Shown here piece after piece: positions 1 through 12,600 of a stretch of DNA of 64,000 bases. Below the pieces are notes generated by a model. The model saw nothing but the letters and a program-made list of their open reading frames with translations. It searched no databases and was not told the DNA's origin. Each line of letters opens with the position of its first letter. Within the stretch, counting starts at the first letter, position 1. Both the position numbers and the translations under genes were made by a program. Origin of the DNA: Carpediemonas membranifera BICM (taxonomy: Eukaryota; Protista; Fornicata); contig JAHDYR010000005.1 in NCBI GenBank assembly GCA_019828565.1, forward strand, positions 1,381,991-1,445,990, in the 5' to 3' direction.

Positions 1-76
1 AATATCTCCTCATGATGCGCCAGATGGCAAGTGACTCTGGCCTGCTCCTCCGGTGAATGACAATGCAGAAGTCTGG
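1..76 (+). repeat. 76-bp direct repeat, second copy at 1898-1973
   Basis: aatatctcctcatgatgcgccag...caatgcag(a/t)agtctgg occurs twice with 1 mismatch; this copy runs off the window edge. Confidence 0.9.
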
Positions 77-2038
77 CTGTGGACTTGAGTCAGTCGGACG
101 TGCCGGCCTGCATGCTTCCTTGCGTTGTATGTAGATGTGGTCTGTTAGCCTGTTGCTCGGGTGGTTAACAAGGGTGAGTGAATAAAAGTGTGTTGAGGAA
201 GTACGATCACGTGCTCTTACCTCCCCCAACATTACCCTTCAGGACGTCGCATCCTTTGCCTACAACGCCTCCCATCTTTATTCAGCTGGGCCAGCCCCAT
301 CAGATTGATGACCCGCCACCCATGGCCATGATGGTCGGCAAGACCCTGCCCCACACTACCGTGAGTTCCCTCTCTACCGCGGCCTCAAGTTCATCTAGAG
401 AGTCTCCCGGCCACCAGTGACACCAGCCAACCATCGAGCATGTTAAGAACAAGCTCGAGTCGCCGCTGAACTGAGCGCTAGAACCAATGAGTAGCGCTAG
501 TTCTCATCGGCCATCAAAGATGGGGGACATACCATCCTTGCTCCAATGCGCCTACACCAGGCATTTTGGCGAGGAGATGCCTCGTCCATAACGCAGAGAG
601 CACTACTGCATCATGAGCGCCTTCTCTCGAATCCCTCCTCGCCACGCTCTCCAAGATCCCCGCTTGAACCAACCGCACAAGTCCTCTAGATCACGCCCGC
701 TCGATCCTCGCAGACGGACCCCGCTGTCCATGAACGTCGAGCTCGCCTGGCGATGAGCTCCCGACATGCACACACTGAACCAGGGCGCGGTGTGGGCGTG
801 TCTGGTGGTGGCGGGGCCAACCGACCTCGAGGACAAGTGTCTCTGGTTCCTCTGCCGCAAGTTCTTTCACGCTGAACGTCGCAGAGAAGAACGGCGAGAG
901 CTACATCAGTAAGCACTTTAGACTTTAGAGAAATCAACATCAATAACAACATCAACACCAAAAGAACAGTATCCCAAAGAGTTGTGGGCGTTGCTGCGCC
1001 AAAGAGCAATAAATGACCACAAAGCATTCGCTTATGCACAATTAGCTGCCAGAAAGAACACTACACCGTTACTTTGGATCATTCCAGTTCGCCGGAGATG
1101 ACGCAGGTCCAGAACGCTGCCTTGGAGGGCTGGTGAAGCGGTAGTGTAGCGCTTACTCGCCAAGCGGGCGATGGTCTCGACGGGACGGTTGACGGTCTCA
1201 AGGTGGCCCTGCTCTTCGACGTACCAGGCGGACATACCGATGACGGAGCGGCGCTGACCCTGGCGGACGTTATCCTCGCCCTGGGTGAAGCTGTTCTTGC
1301 CGCAGTACGCGTCGATACCGATGGTGAGGTAGGGCTGTTGCATGGAGGCCGAGAAACCATAAACTGCACGGATCCACAAACGTGGATTGGCCTGAACGAC
1401 AGCGCTGATGCCCAGACAGGCATACCGTCGGTTGTCCATAGCACGTAGCAGTCAACTACCTGCCAATTGTATCAGTCTCCAGCCATAAGTTCAAAGCATG
1501 GCCACCTATACGGCAGCCAGAGCCGATCCACATTTGTGGATTCAGCTAAACCGGGCATGCCACAACACTGCATCTAGTCCCAATACACGCGTGTATATAC
1601 GCTAGAGAGGGCCGCATTTGGCCTTAGGAAACGGCTATGGGGTACAGCTTTTAATCCTTAAAGTGCGTTGCATCGATGCAACAAGCAACTACCTCAAACG
1701 TGTGAGCTACCATCGATTTCTTGGCACCAAAACGACACATTGAAGTCAGATAACTACGCGGTCAGCTATGAGCACACTAAACAACATCACTGTGCCAAAA
1801 TACATCTTTGGACATCAGGCATGCCACAGAACATGTAAGCAACATCAAACCCGCCTAATTCCAGCTCATTTAGTCAATAAACACATCAACACATTCCAAT
1901 ATCTCCTCATGATGCGCCAGATGGCAAGTGACTCTGGCCTGCTCCTCCGGTGAATGACAATGCAGTAGTCTGGAAGGATGTTGAGAGAGCCCCAAAGGCC
2001 AGAGACTTGACAGAGCTCATGAATCTACTATGATGCTT

Positions 2039-4682
2039 TTACTCCAAGTATTCGAGAGCCAAACGACGGGCCTGATCAACATCGAAGATAGTGGAACCCC
2101 GAATCATCAGCTCAAATGCTGCAACATCAAGGGGATAATGACGATGCTCTCCTTCCCAATACGAAGGCGCGTATGCCATAGAAAGGAACTCGTAAGGCCG
2201 TGTGTTCCTGATGCATAGAAGGGCAAGAAGAGGAAGCGGCACCGTGTCATCATCGACCTGAACCTGCACCTTAATGCAGCGGACTTGTACATTTGTCACG
2301 ATTGGTTATCGTTCACCATGTGAATTCCGTGCTTGGTAGGGTCGCCACGAACCATGAACTCACTGGAGCCAAGGGGAAGCTCAAAGTCATGCTGCCCAAT
2401 CTGAAGTTCAGGGTAATAGCACAGACTTTTCCCGCGTATATACCGACGAAGTCGTTGACATTCATCGCATGTGGGGATACAACCCCGAGGCCGCATGCAT
2501 CACCACAGATCGAATGCTGCTCAGTAAGAACAAGCCTCTTGCTGACACTGACACCAATTTCATTCAGTTTCAGTCCAGAATAGTCATAAGACAGCTTAGA
2601 CGTGTTCATAGACAGAAATCTGTTCCTGTCTGCTTCATTCAGCTCTGAAAGGTTCATGAACTGATTGTAAACATCCAGCGACCAATAGCGATCACTCTCA
2701 ACCTTTGAACTCACGTCTGGTATGGTATAATCAATTGGCATGCTCACGACCAAACTGTGTAAACTGCACGTACAATGAGCAATCATCAGAAACAATTGTT
2801 TGAGCATTACTACAAGCTGTGGTGCATGTTGAATGTAGACAGGATCAAAGCTTTCAACCAAGGAATGGAAAGAGTCCGTCAAAATTGCGCGGAAGCGTTT
2901 GCTTCATATTGGCTCACCACTGATCAAGCTAGAACGGTCTTTTCGCAAAAACTGATGAGCTTCGGGAATCATGGAGTGATGGCATTGTGCACTCGACATT
3001 TTCAGACATTAGCGATGATGCCATCGATTCTTCAACATCAAAGATTTCCCGTCAGCTCCAGCTGCTACGCTGGAAGAAGGTTGGCCTACGAGTCGGAAAG
3101 AAAGACTTGGCAACCTATATCCATGCTTCCTTCGACTTCGAGGCTTCCCTCTTCGATCGATGGTGTGCCTATGTTTTGGCGACATTCTCGAATGAGTTTA
3201 GCATATGGTTCAAGGCTCTGAGTGAAGATCGCATTAGTGACTCCGAGTTCCACAAATACATCCTCTTTCGCATGAACAACAATTCGGAGAATGAGAGTGT
3301 TCCTCCGCACTGCACTCTTATCTTTAAATTTGACTGATTCTTCTTTACTCCAACTGTGCTCGCTTCCCATCATCATCGCCTGACTCCGTCACGTTGCCTT
3401 TCCGCAAACGGGCGATGGTCTGATCAAGGTTCGGCAAGGGTCTTTGGGTCTCGTTGTTGACATGCGACGGCAAGCCCACTCTGAGGTCTCGCATGAGCCC
3501 CCGCACAGTATCAAATCTGCGGCATAAACTTACAATATGTCATTCATTGACCTTTATTGATTCGAATCACTGTTATCCTCGGCATCAGCTGTATCAAAAT
3601 GCTTCATCATGTCACGGAAGTGCGAGAGATCGAATACCTCCCCTTCCTGATGCAGTGACTTATAGCAAGAAATGCAGATAGGGCCTCTCTCAGAGGGACG
3701 ACCCATAAGGTCGGGGCCAGACTCAAACTTATTAAAGGCGATGTGGTCCTTGCAGAAGTATGCATGGCAGTACATGCACATGAAAGAGTTGACACCGTTC
3801 GCGGAGATATCAGTCTCACAGCCTCCCTTCATGCATATAGTCTGCTTCTCAGCGTTTGAACAGAGCTCACAGACGGTGAACGTCTTGTCATTGTTGTTCT
3901 TGTCCTTGCGAGTGACCGTCGAAAGCTATCATCCTCACAGATTCTGTGGACGAACCTGTGGCAGAAGTCGCACTCTAAGACAGTTTCGTCTGTTCTACCG
4001 TCAACGAAGAAGAGGCCACGTAAGTCTGCGCAGTAAGGGCAACACTTGCGGAGGCTGTTCTTCCACATCTTGGCAGTGGTGCCCATAAAGTATTCCGCGT
4101 CGGAAGCGCCTGGCTTCGTGTTCCTAAACTGCTCAGTCATGTGGTTCACGGCCTCAATCATCTCAGCGACGTTGGCACCGTTGACTGACGAAGCTTGCAT
4201 TGCACGCGTGGAGTCAACGGACATAGTGGGCTGCTCAGCGGTCTGAACAGTGGGGTGGGGGTGGGGACGGCAGGATTGCGGCGCGGCTGGCACACCCGGA
4301 AGGCTCTTTGGGAGCTGTCGAGCTTGGAATTTCGCAAATGATCAGTTTCAGCGTCAGTGAGAGTTACAAGCTGGCTGAGTCCGGCTATCAATGCGGCACG
4401 CCCTGTATCTGTCGCGTGAATTCCTTGGTAGATGCCCTTCGTGTTAGGAGAGAGTTTGCGGCCAGCAAGGTTCTCGATAGCCTTGGGTACTGACCTCATG
4501 AAGTCCTGCTTACGCGGCATGCGCTCTAGAACAGTTTTTGGGAGGATTGCAAGGATTGCATCCGCGATGGAGCGACAATCGCATTTCGTGCTTCTCTCTT
4601 CCCAACGATAGCATGTTGCGATGATTGTGTGCACAATATCACGCACAGTATCTCTTGAAAGCCGCTCCTGGTCTTCTACCAT
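2039..4682 (-). pseudogene. Frameshifted gene encoding a PHD finger, a second Cys/His finger and a SET-like domain
   Basis: Stitching minus-strand ORFs gives CPYC...LECDFCHRFVHRIC...TVCELC (C4HC3 PHD), CMKGGC...CMYCHAYFCKDH...CISC, and SET-like GLGVVS...DFVGIYAG...MVND...LLCIRNTRPYEFLSMAYAPSYW. That all pieces form one gene is inference. Confidence 0.55.
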
Positions 4683-5028
4683 ACTGCCCCACTTTTGTGG
4701 GGGTGTAAAAACTGAGTGCAGTTTTAAGTTGGAAATGGAATCCTACAGGTATAGAGACTATTACGAAGAGATAGGAACCGTTATAGCTGCAATTGATGCA
4801 ATATTAGCACATCCAGAACTGTGGGCGGTAGCAGAGCGTGTTGGAATGGATAGATTAGCAAGAGCGAAGGACTTACTCAATATAGAGCAAGAAAGGGCCA
4901 AATGCGGGATTCCGCCATCAAGTTCAGAAGAGTACAGTGATTCACAGTAAACCGTAGCGATCTATTGAGTTATATTCAGTTCTGGCCATGTTCGGCTTTT
5001 CCGGAATGTCAAAATTTGACACGTCCAT

Positions 5029-5140
5029 TTCTCAAATTGCTGATTGCCAACGCTAGACCAGACATGCCAGGCTGTAGTACACGTGCTATACTACAACGTG
5101 GTGGTTCTGGTTTGCCGTTGGCAATCAGCAATTTCGAGAA
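5029..5140. repeat. ~35-bp imperfect inverted repeat (long hairpin)
   Basis: ttctcaaattgctgattgccaacg...ccaga (5029-5062) pairs with tctgg...cgttggcaatcagcaatttcgagaa (5106-5140). Confidence 0.85.
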
Positions 5141-5457
5141 CAGACAAACTTCTTTTGCGATTTTTGCAACTTCTGGAGCATATATCATTTGGTACAGACC
5201 CAGCCACGCAATAAAAACGCATAGCGTGGCTTACCATGGTCGGAACTATCTTAGAAAAGTTTGCGGTAAATATTGAGTAAATATTTGATATAGATCTCGA
5301 GATTTAATGTCCCTTAGGTAGCCCTTGGATGCAAACATCCGCCCAGTAAATTTCGCTGTACAGCTCTAGCCCAATACAAAAATATGAGGGCTCGAAGTTT
5401 TGGCCTTCTCAGAAAAAGGTGGCAGTATACTGCTACTTTTCTTTGCTTGAGTAGCTG

Positions 5458-6256
5458 TATTACACCCCCTCCAGACAGCATGAGGGTCGAGTCCGACGCG
5501 TCATTCGAAGCAGCAGGGGCCAGCGTCTACAGACGAGGAGTCAGATTCACCTGGTCAAGAATGTGGTCCGAGAGCGAACGGCGCCTGTCGATCAACGCGC
5601 TCGAATCGTTAGCAGCGATGGACGCGGCCACAGGGGTGCTGAGCAACGACGGGCCGTCCGTGATACTACTGACAACAGACAACATGTCGGCCCGCAAGTG
5701 GATCGCGAAGTCGGGCACAAGGGCACCGAAGCCGGTCAGGGCCAGGGTCAGGGAATTCGCAGACTGGCTCGACGAGCGGGGACACAGGCTAATCGTCCGA
5801 TACACTCCGGGACCTCTCAATTGGCAGGCCGACAGAGCTTCGAGACCGGTCAGCTTCGCGCTCGAACATGCCGTCCCGACAGCCATCCTCCTCGAGGCGA
5901 CGCGGCGCTGGGGGAGCCTGGACTTAGACCTCACAGACAGACGGACGGAAGCGCTCACAACCAGGTGGGAAGGCCACCGTGTGCTGCTGTGCCCGGCTTA
6001 CCGCATGCTCGGCGCGTACACTCAGAAGCTGGCACGACAAGCCAGGCGAGGAGAGTCCCGGGACCCAGCACTGCAGCTCAGCGGAGCGACGCTGATCACC
6101 GTGGACGTAGAGAACAACCATCAACGTACACTACGGAGGATATCGCAGAAGTCATTCACCATGAGGGTCAACAGAATGGACTGCCCCAGAGCCTGGCTCT
6201 CCCTTGCCGGCAACAGATCAAGAGTACAGGTGAAGGTTCACTGGATCGCGCTCTGA
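5458..6256 (+). CDS. YR1 pol C-terminus: RNase H plus reduced methyltransferase-like domain (partial)
   Basis: ESDAS, SINALE, TDN, YTPGPLNWQADRASR RNase H motifs, then WGSLDLDL...W...CPAY; homologous to ORF 40733-41647. Confidence 0.85.
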
Positions 6257-6270
6257 GAGCCGCGGGGGTG

Positions 6271-7311
6271 ATGGTTACGAGGGCCCAAGCAGTGACCCAA
6301 CCGACCAGGCGGAACAGAGGTCTCAAGCCGGACGCAACAGTCACACACAGAGTAGACAGTGCCCTTGAGCTCGTCAAGTTCTCTCAGAGCGTCCGCCGAG
6401 ACATCGCCGTCGAAACCACAGGTTTCCTCTTGTACAAGCAGGGGACACGTGAGACACCTCTCCTCCCGGGCGAGCTCGACAGGCTATGGCAGATTATTAA
6501 CATACATGGGGACCTACTATGGAACTATCTCCTCATAGAGGGGCAACACTGCGCCGGGGACAGAGTGTCGACTAAGTTCACGCGAATATGTAAGGGCCTC
6601 GCGGCGATCGGCCAGCCAAGACAGGAGAAACCGGAAGACGCAGACATTATCCGGGCCATTGCGAAGGCGGCCAGCCAGACAGACGGAGCGCTCGCAAGGG
6701 GACAGGGCAAGGCGATCCCCATCAGCTGGCAACACATCTCGGAGTGCCTAGAGTCATATGAAGAGTGCCAGAAGACCCCACATCTCACTCAGGCAATCGC
6801 GTTTGTCCTGATCACCTACTCAACAGTGTCGCGCATGGGTGAGGTGCTCGCATTGCGCAAAGGCGACATCCTCCGAGACAGAGACAACATTCTGATCAGA
6901 TTCCAGAGAACAAAGACGAGGCAGAATATAATCAAGGCCCTCCCTAGGACGAAAGACCAGTACTGCCCGACGGCCTGGATCATTCGACATCTCGGCAATC
7001 TGCAAGGCCCGGCTGAGAGCCTCTGGAGGCGCACGCGAGCGGACGGGAAGGTGATGGAACTGACCAAAGAACCGCTGATGGAGGCCCAAGCGCGGAGATG
7101 GGAGATCCTTGAGGACATGAGAGAGATGCTCCACTTCGACATCTCTGGACACTCATTTCGGCGTGGAGCGGTGGTGGAGCTCGTGAGGAGGGGCACCCCG
7201 CTGACGATCATCCAGGCACTAGGTACTTGGAAGTCGGTCGACTCAGTGCTGGTGTACTGTGAAGAAGCTATTCGTCTGTCGCCGCAGATGACGGGACTGA
7301 CCATGGGCTAA
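6271..7311 (+). CDS. Tyrosine recombinase of YR1 (start uncertain; the frame is open from 5563)
   Basis: Catalytic set present: SRMGE (R), RTKT (K), GHSFRRG (HxxR), LGTWKS (W), VLVY (Y). Confidence 0.92.
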   Translation: MVTRAQAVTQPTRRNRGLKPDATVTHRVDSALELVKFSQSVRRDIAVETTGFLLYKQGTRETPLLPGELDRLWQIINIHGDLLWNYLLIEGQHCAGDRVSTKFTRICKGLAAIGQPRQEKPEDADIIRAIAKAASQTDGALARGQGKAIPISWQHISECLESYEECQKTPHLTQAIAFVLITYSTVSRMGEVLALRKGDILRDRDNILIRFQRTKTRQNIIKALPRTKDQYCPTAWIIRHLGNLQGPAESLWRRTRADGKVMELTKEPLMEAQARRWEILEDMREMLHFDISGHSFRRGAVVELVRRGTPLTIIQALGTWKSVDSVLVYCEEAIRLSPQMTGLTMG

Positions 7312-7347
7312 AGTGTGATTTGTTTTCGGTGGGCACGGAATGGGATG

Positions 7348-7658
7348 AAACATCCTGTTGCCATTTATGACGTAGCCCGTTGTGATCGTGCAGGGCACGT
7401 GCAGGTACGGCGCGAAGCCAACCCTCTCGGACAAGCGTGGTCCGGGGCCAGTGACGGCAACCCCCTTGCTCTGGGCTGGGATTCCTGGGGTAAGCCGGCA
7501 GCGCTCAGGTGGGGTCCTGGAGCCTCACCCTGATCGTTTGGGTTTGGTCTCGAAATGTCCTGATTGGATCATTTCCAGAACCTCGAGAACGAGCCCGATG
7601 CCTAATAAACATCCTGTTGCCATTTATGACGTAGCCCGTTGTGATCGTGCAGGGCACG
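7348..7658 (+). repeat. Split direct repeat: identical 52-bp copies at 7348-7399 and 7607-7658
   Basis: aaacatcctgttgcc...gcagggcacg twice; matches the B1-A2-B2 3' end known from PAT/Ngaro elements. Confidence 0.85.
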
Positions 7659-7846
7659 GCGGACCATGCGGATCCCCAGTCGCCCGTCCGCGGGGCGGAG
7701 CTTGGCGGCGGAGTGGCGGCCAGACTGAGCGCCCTCCGCCGAATGGCATCTCGCGTCGGAGCGCCACGTGCGCCCCGGGGCCCTTGGTGCTCGGTGTGCA
7801 GTTTATGGTCAGGCTTATCCTGCACCACAGATTGCGCGAAAAGCCG

Positions 7847-8130
7847 ATGTCCGTCGAAGAACGTCTGGAAGCACTCGAAAAGAGCAACAAGGAGCAAGAA
7901 GAGGAAAATGCTACTCTCAGAGCCGAATTGGACTATCTTCGCGAAGCACGCGAAGAGCTCGATGATCCTCCGCACTCAGAAGTCATTTTGAAGGAGTTCA
8001 AGGCCTGGAACCACTTCTCCACTGAAGTCAAACGGGAAATTATGGCTTTGGACGAAGAAGCTACGACTGGCGACGTCCTAGAGCTCGTTAAGTCCAAGAT
8101 TGATTTCCGACTCCGCTACCTCAAGACCCT
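7847..8130 (+). CDS. YR2 gag-like ORF1, N-terminal part (coiled coil); continues at 23441-23687
   Basis: MSVEERLEALEK...RYLKTL, interrupted by element A. Confidence 0.7.
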
Positions 8131-8200
8131 TGTTGTGGTAACACACGACGGCGCTCGAGTCAGTGCAGTTTATGTAAAGAGAATTCCGTTTGCCGCCGCA
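8131..8200 (+). repeat. 5' LTR of element A (70 bp)
   Basis: Identical to 23367-23436. Confidence 0.95.
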
Positions 8201-8219
8201 TAAGTAATTACTTTGCTTA

Positions 8220-9616
8220 ATGGTAAGCTTGAGCATCGATTATTCATTCCCTAGCATCAAAGGATCTTACGCAAAAACGCGTTCGTGCCTTCAAGCGTGA
8301 AGTGAGAGTCTTTAAGACGCGCCATCCTGACTTCAAGATAGCTCTACTACTGTGCGATTCCCTTCAAAAGGAGATTGAGATTCATTACGGCCTCAAGAGA
8401 GCCGAAGATCTCTCCGAAGAACAAGTCTTCGACTTCCTCACGAAGGAGTCCATGCCGAAGAGCTTGAGCACCCTCAAAACTCAGCTTAAGCAGCTTCAGT
8501 GCTCCACTACAGCGATCAGCAAACTCCCACTCACCACTTGCGTGCGCGAGTTCATCGCTGACTTCATGGAGCTTGCTGAGCTCGCCGAGACCGTCGCCCT
8601 CAATGACGACGCGACTCGAGCCATGATCCCTCTTTACGGTCTTAAGTCCGCCGAAGAGGCTTTTTATCGACGAAGACGGTACCGCTAAGAAGCGTACGGT
8701 CCAACGTCAGTTCACGGTGGCAGAGGCCGCGCGCCTCCGCGCCGACAAGTTCGATAAGGTTGCAGGAGATCTTCCTTAAGCGAATCAAGCCTAAGGCACT
8801 CTTTGAGCGCCTTGATCTAGAGTCCAAGCTCTGCGAGGCCAAGACTCTTACCTCTCTGGTTGCGGTGGCACGTGCTGTTGCCAAGGCCGAGGAGGCTCAC
8901 CCAACCCCCGACCCGAGCGGCGGGGGCGAGCCTCCTAATAACAACATCAGTCTTAAGGGCAGCGCGCCACAGACCCAGAAATCAGAGACGCCCTCCACGG
9001 TGCTGCCTGGCAAGAGAAAGATGCGCCCTTGCCGGCACTGCGGACAGATGCATTACGACAATCTGTGTCCCACTCTCAGCGTCAACAAGCCAGAGTCCAA
9101 TAAGCGTAGTGCCCCGCCGTTGAAGACGTACCCAAAGAGAACCGGCGACCACACCCTTGCACCCTTCGGAAGCAATGGAGGCAGGAGACGAGGCGCTGAC
9201 GACGAAGGCCATTGTAAATGGCAGAGACTATATCATGGTCGTGGACACTGGGGCCACTCATCCGTTCATCCCCGAGAACACACTACGAGAGATGAAGGAG
9301 CACGACCCAGGCATCAAGACAATCCCATGTCCGACCTTTAGAGTAAGAGTCGCGGGAGGGGCCATCGTGACAGGAAAGACAGCCGAAGAGCTCACGATCA
9401 CCTTACCAGACATCGGACCGCGCGTCCTGATTGTCACGATCCGAATGCTTGTGATCCCAGGATCGGGACGCATGCTCCTCGGATGTAGCGCTCTCAGAGC
9501 CCTCGGGCTGCTCAGCGACGAAGGCCTACACATATATAAGCCGCAGACGCCCTCGCAGGCGACTGACGGCGACGACGATATCGCGCTCGACCACCCGTAC
9601 CTCGCTTGTGCAGTGG
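8220..9616 (+). pseudogene. gag: Element A gag and protease (frameshifted as assembled)
   Basis: Knuckle CRHCGQMHYDNLC; aspartic protease VVDTGATHPFI. Confidence 0.8.
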
Positions 9617-9691
9617 TGTGCCGTGTTACGAATGAGTTTTATGCAACCAACTCCCGCAGTTTAGGGTCACACTTCCCCCCATGCGGACGCA

Positions 9692-12600
9692 TTAACGGCG
9701 CCCGGAACTGCGGAACTTCTTCTTGGCGGCGGCGAACGCGGCTTCATGCTCTGGATGAGCGACGAGGTAATCATCGAGAGCCGCTAGCTGGTCATAGTAC
9801 CGGTTATAGGGTACATAGGAGTCTTCGTCGGGTGTGAGGCCTTCCCAACGGATGAGGAGCTCCAATGAGCCGTTCTTCTTCTTCTTGTGACCGACGATCT
9901 CCTTGACGGGCTGTTCGCCTTGCTCGAAAGCGGCGATCCGCTCGAGCTCGGTGTCGGATAAATCGGTCTCGAATCGGACCAGTCTGTCGGCGTGGACCGT
10001 GCTGACGCATCTTGTGACGAGGTCACGGACGCGGTAGGTGTTCGGGTGTTCGCCCTTCCCCTCCATGCGGAAGGGTCCGCGCAGGGGGGTGTAGATCTTA
10101 GCCGGGGGCTTGCCCGGGTAGCGCAGGAGAACGTATTGTTCTCTCTCCCACGCATGAGTGTCTGCTGTGGCCTTGGCCTTGCGCGCCTCGTACGCGCGAA
10201 TCTTGACGCGGGCGAGGGCTTGTAGAGCGGCTACGTCCTCCTGGAAGCGGACAATCTCACCTTCATCAACGCTCCCAGGGGTGCAGCTCTTCGTGGCGTT
10301 TGCCAGAGCGATCGGGGCGACCCGTAGCGTCGATTCTTTGCCGAACAGCAGTTCGAAAGGGGAGCGACCGGTGGTGGCGTGGCGGGTAGAGTTGATGACG
10401 TGTTGAGCGAGCGGTAAATAGGCGGGCCAGTTGCCGTCCTCTGCGTCTAGGAGGATCGCTCTCATGCGAGACATGATCGTGCCGTTGAGTCGTTCAACGA
10501 CCGGCCGGATGGTAAGGGGTTGAGAACCTGTGCTGAAGACTGATGATGGCGTTACACTCGGCAATGAGGGCGTTACGGAATTGAGTGCCCTGGTCGGTTT
10601 GAATCTCCTTTGGGACTCCGAACGTGGACCACACATCCAGCATCGCTGCTGCAGCCTCTTCGGCCTTTGTAGTAGCGACCGGACGGAGGATCGTGAACTT
10701 GGAGAAGACATCCACGATCGTGATGATGTAGGACATGCCGGCCTCTTCCGGAAGGGGGCCTATTGTGTCAAGCTGGACCGTCTCGAAGGGCTTGAGTCGC
10801 TGCGTGGAGTGCCACTTCGTCTTCTCGCGGGCAGGGGGTCTAACCTTCTGGCAGACGGCGCAACTTCTGAGGGTCTCCCGGACGTCCGATTTCATGTCGG
10901 GCCAAGACTGCCCGGCGTTGCGGAGATTTTCCATCGTCTGAGCGACGCTGACGTGGCCCTGTGCACCGGCGTGGGCCTGGTTGATGAGGTGACGGTGAGA
11001 ACTGGAGACCTGTTCGATAGCGGCCTTGAGGTCGTCTCGGTCCTCTGGGACGCTGCTAGGACGGGACAGCGAGTCGGCGACGACGTTGTGGACGCCCTTG
11101 ATGTGGGCGATGGAGTAGGGGTATTCGGTCATTGTCAGGCGCCAGCGAGTAAGCTTTTTCGTGCCCTCCTCGTCCGTCTTTCTCAGGAGCCAAATAAGGT
11201 TCCGGTGATCGGTTCTGAGAGAGAACGGCTTAATCTTAAGGAGGGCTGAGAACTCCGGTCGAGTTACACAGTGGATGATCGCGTAAAGCTCCTGTTCGAC
11301 GGTCGACCACCTTTGCTGAGTCTCGTCCAAGGTCTTGGAATAAAAGGCGAGGGGAACCTTCTCAACTCCTTCGCCCTGCCAGAGGACCCCGCCGATCGCT
11401 ACTGAGGAGGCATCGGTCTCCAAGGTCCAGGGCTTGTCTAAGTCTGGGAGGGCGAGCGCCGTGTGTTCGGTGACCAGATCTTTCATCTTTGCGAAAGCGG
11501 CGTCCTGCTCGGCGCCCCAGGCCACGGGGGACGACTTCCCCGGAGAGCCCTTAAGCAGCCAGTTGAGAGGTGCTGCGGCGTCGGCGAGATGGGGAATGTA
11601 ATTCGACAAGTAGTTGAACTTGCCGAGGGACCGACGGAGTTCCGACGTGGTGGTCGGAGGAAAGAGGTCGCGGATGGCCTGGACTCGAGCGGGGGCAACG
11701 GATCTGCCCATCTCGTTAACGATGAAGCCGCACACCTCAACCTCGGAGAGGCCGAGGGCACACTTGTCGGCCTTCAGTCTGACGTTGGCCGCCAGTAGAT
11801 GATCGAAGAGATCCGTGATGGCGCTCTTGAACTCTTCCTCCGTGTGCGAGTAAGTGAAGATATCGTCGACGTAGGCTTTGGAGCTCTTGCAGTCTTCCAA
11901 CACCTCGTCCATCGCTCTCTGGAACTTGGCCGGGGCATTCTTGAGCCCGAAGGGGGTACGAAGAAACTCGTAATGACCGCCTGGGATAGTGAAGGCGGTG
12001 AGTGAGACGCTGTCGGGGTCCATACGTTGCTGCCAGTAGCCGCTTCGGAGGTCGAGCGTGCCGAAGAGTGAGCAGCCGCTTGCCTCATGGACGAAGGAGC
12101 GGATATCTGGTGTCGGGTAGCGATCGTCTTCGGTGGCTTCATTCAGAACGTTATACGCGACGCAGAACCTGTCCTCACCGTTCTTCTTCTTCGCCATCAC
12201 GTGTGGGGATGAGTACGGCGAGTCACTTGGGCGGATGACTTTTTGTTGGAGCATCTTGTCGATTTCAGCGGCGGCGCTGGACGCTTGGGAACCCTTAAGG
12301 GGGCGTGGTCTTGCCTTCGGGAGCCTGTAGTCGCCAGGCTTCAGGGTGATCTTGTGTGGACGCAACTCGCTGCCGTCCTCTGGCAGCTCGCCGAAGAGCT
12401 CGCGGCGTTCGTATAGGAAGCCTTCGAGCCACTTAGTGAGGTCTGGATTGTCATCGTAAGGGATTCGGACCTTCTTCCACTCGTTATCAACATCAATCTC
12501 ATCTGTGCAGGAGTCGAGATACGGGTGTGGAGGCAGATTGTCGTTGTCGGAGATGGTGGCGGATGACGGGATCAGCAGTCTGTCGTTCATGAGGTAGCCC

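Larger units (their letters stand above)
5458..7658 (+). mobile_element. 3' half of a tyrosine-recombinase retrotransposon (DIRS/PAT-like, family YR1), 5'-truncated or interrupted
   Basis: DIRS-type RNase H, reduced MT-like segment, tyrosine recombinase and a 3' split direct repeat, in that order. Confidence 0.85.

Noticed and set aside
1032-1448. ORFs as a possible KDZ/Plavaka-type transposase
   Set aside because: No diagnostic catalytic motifs could be matched
5563-6270. N-terminal 236 aa of the 582-aa YR ORF
   Set aside because: Overlaps RNase H in another frame and has no recognisable domain; overlap is common in DIRS elements but translation is unsupported
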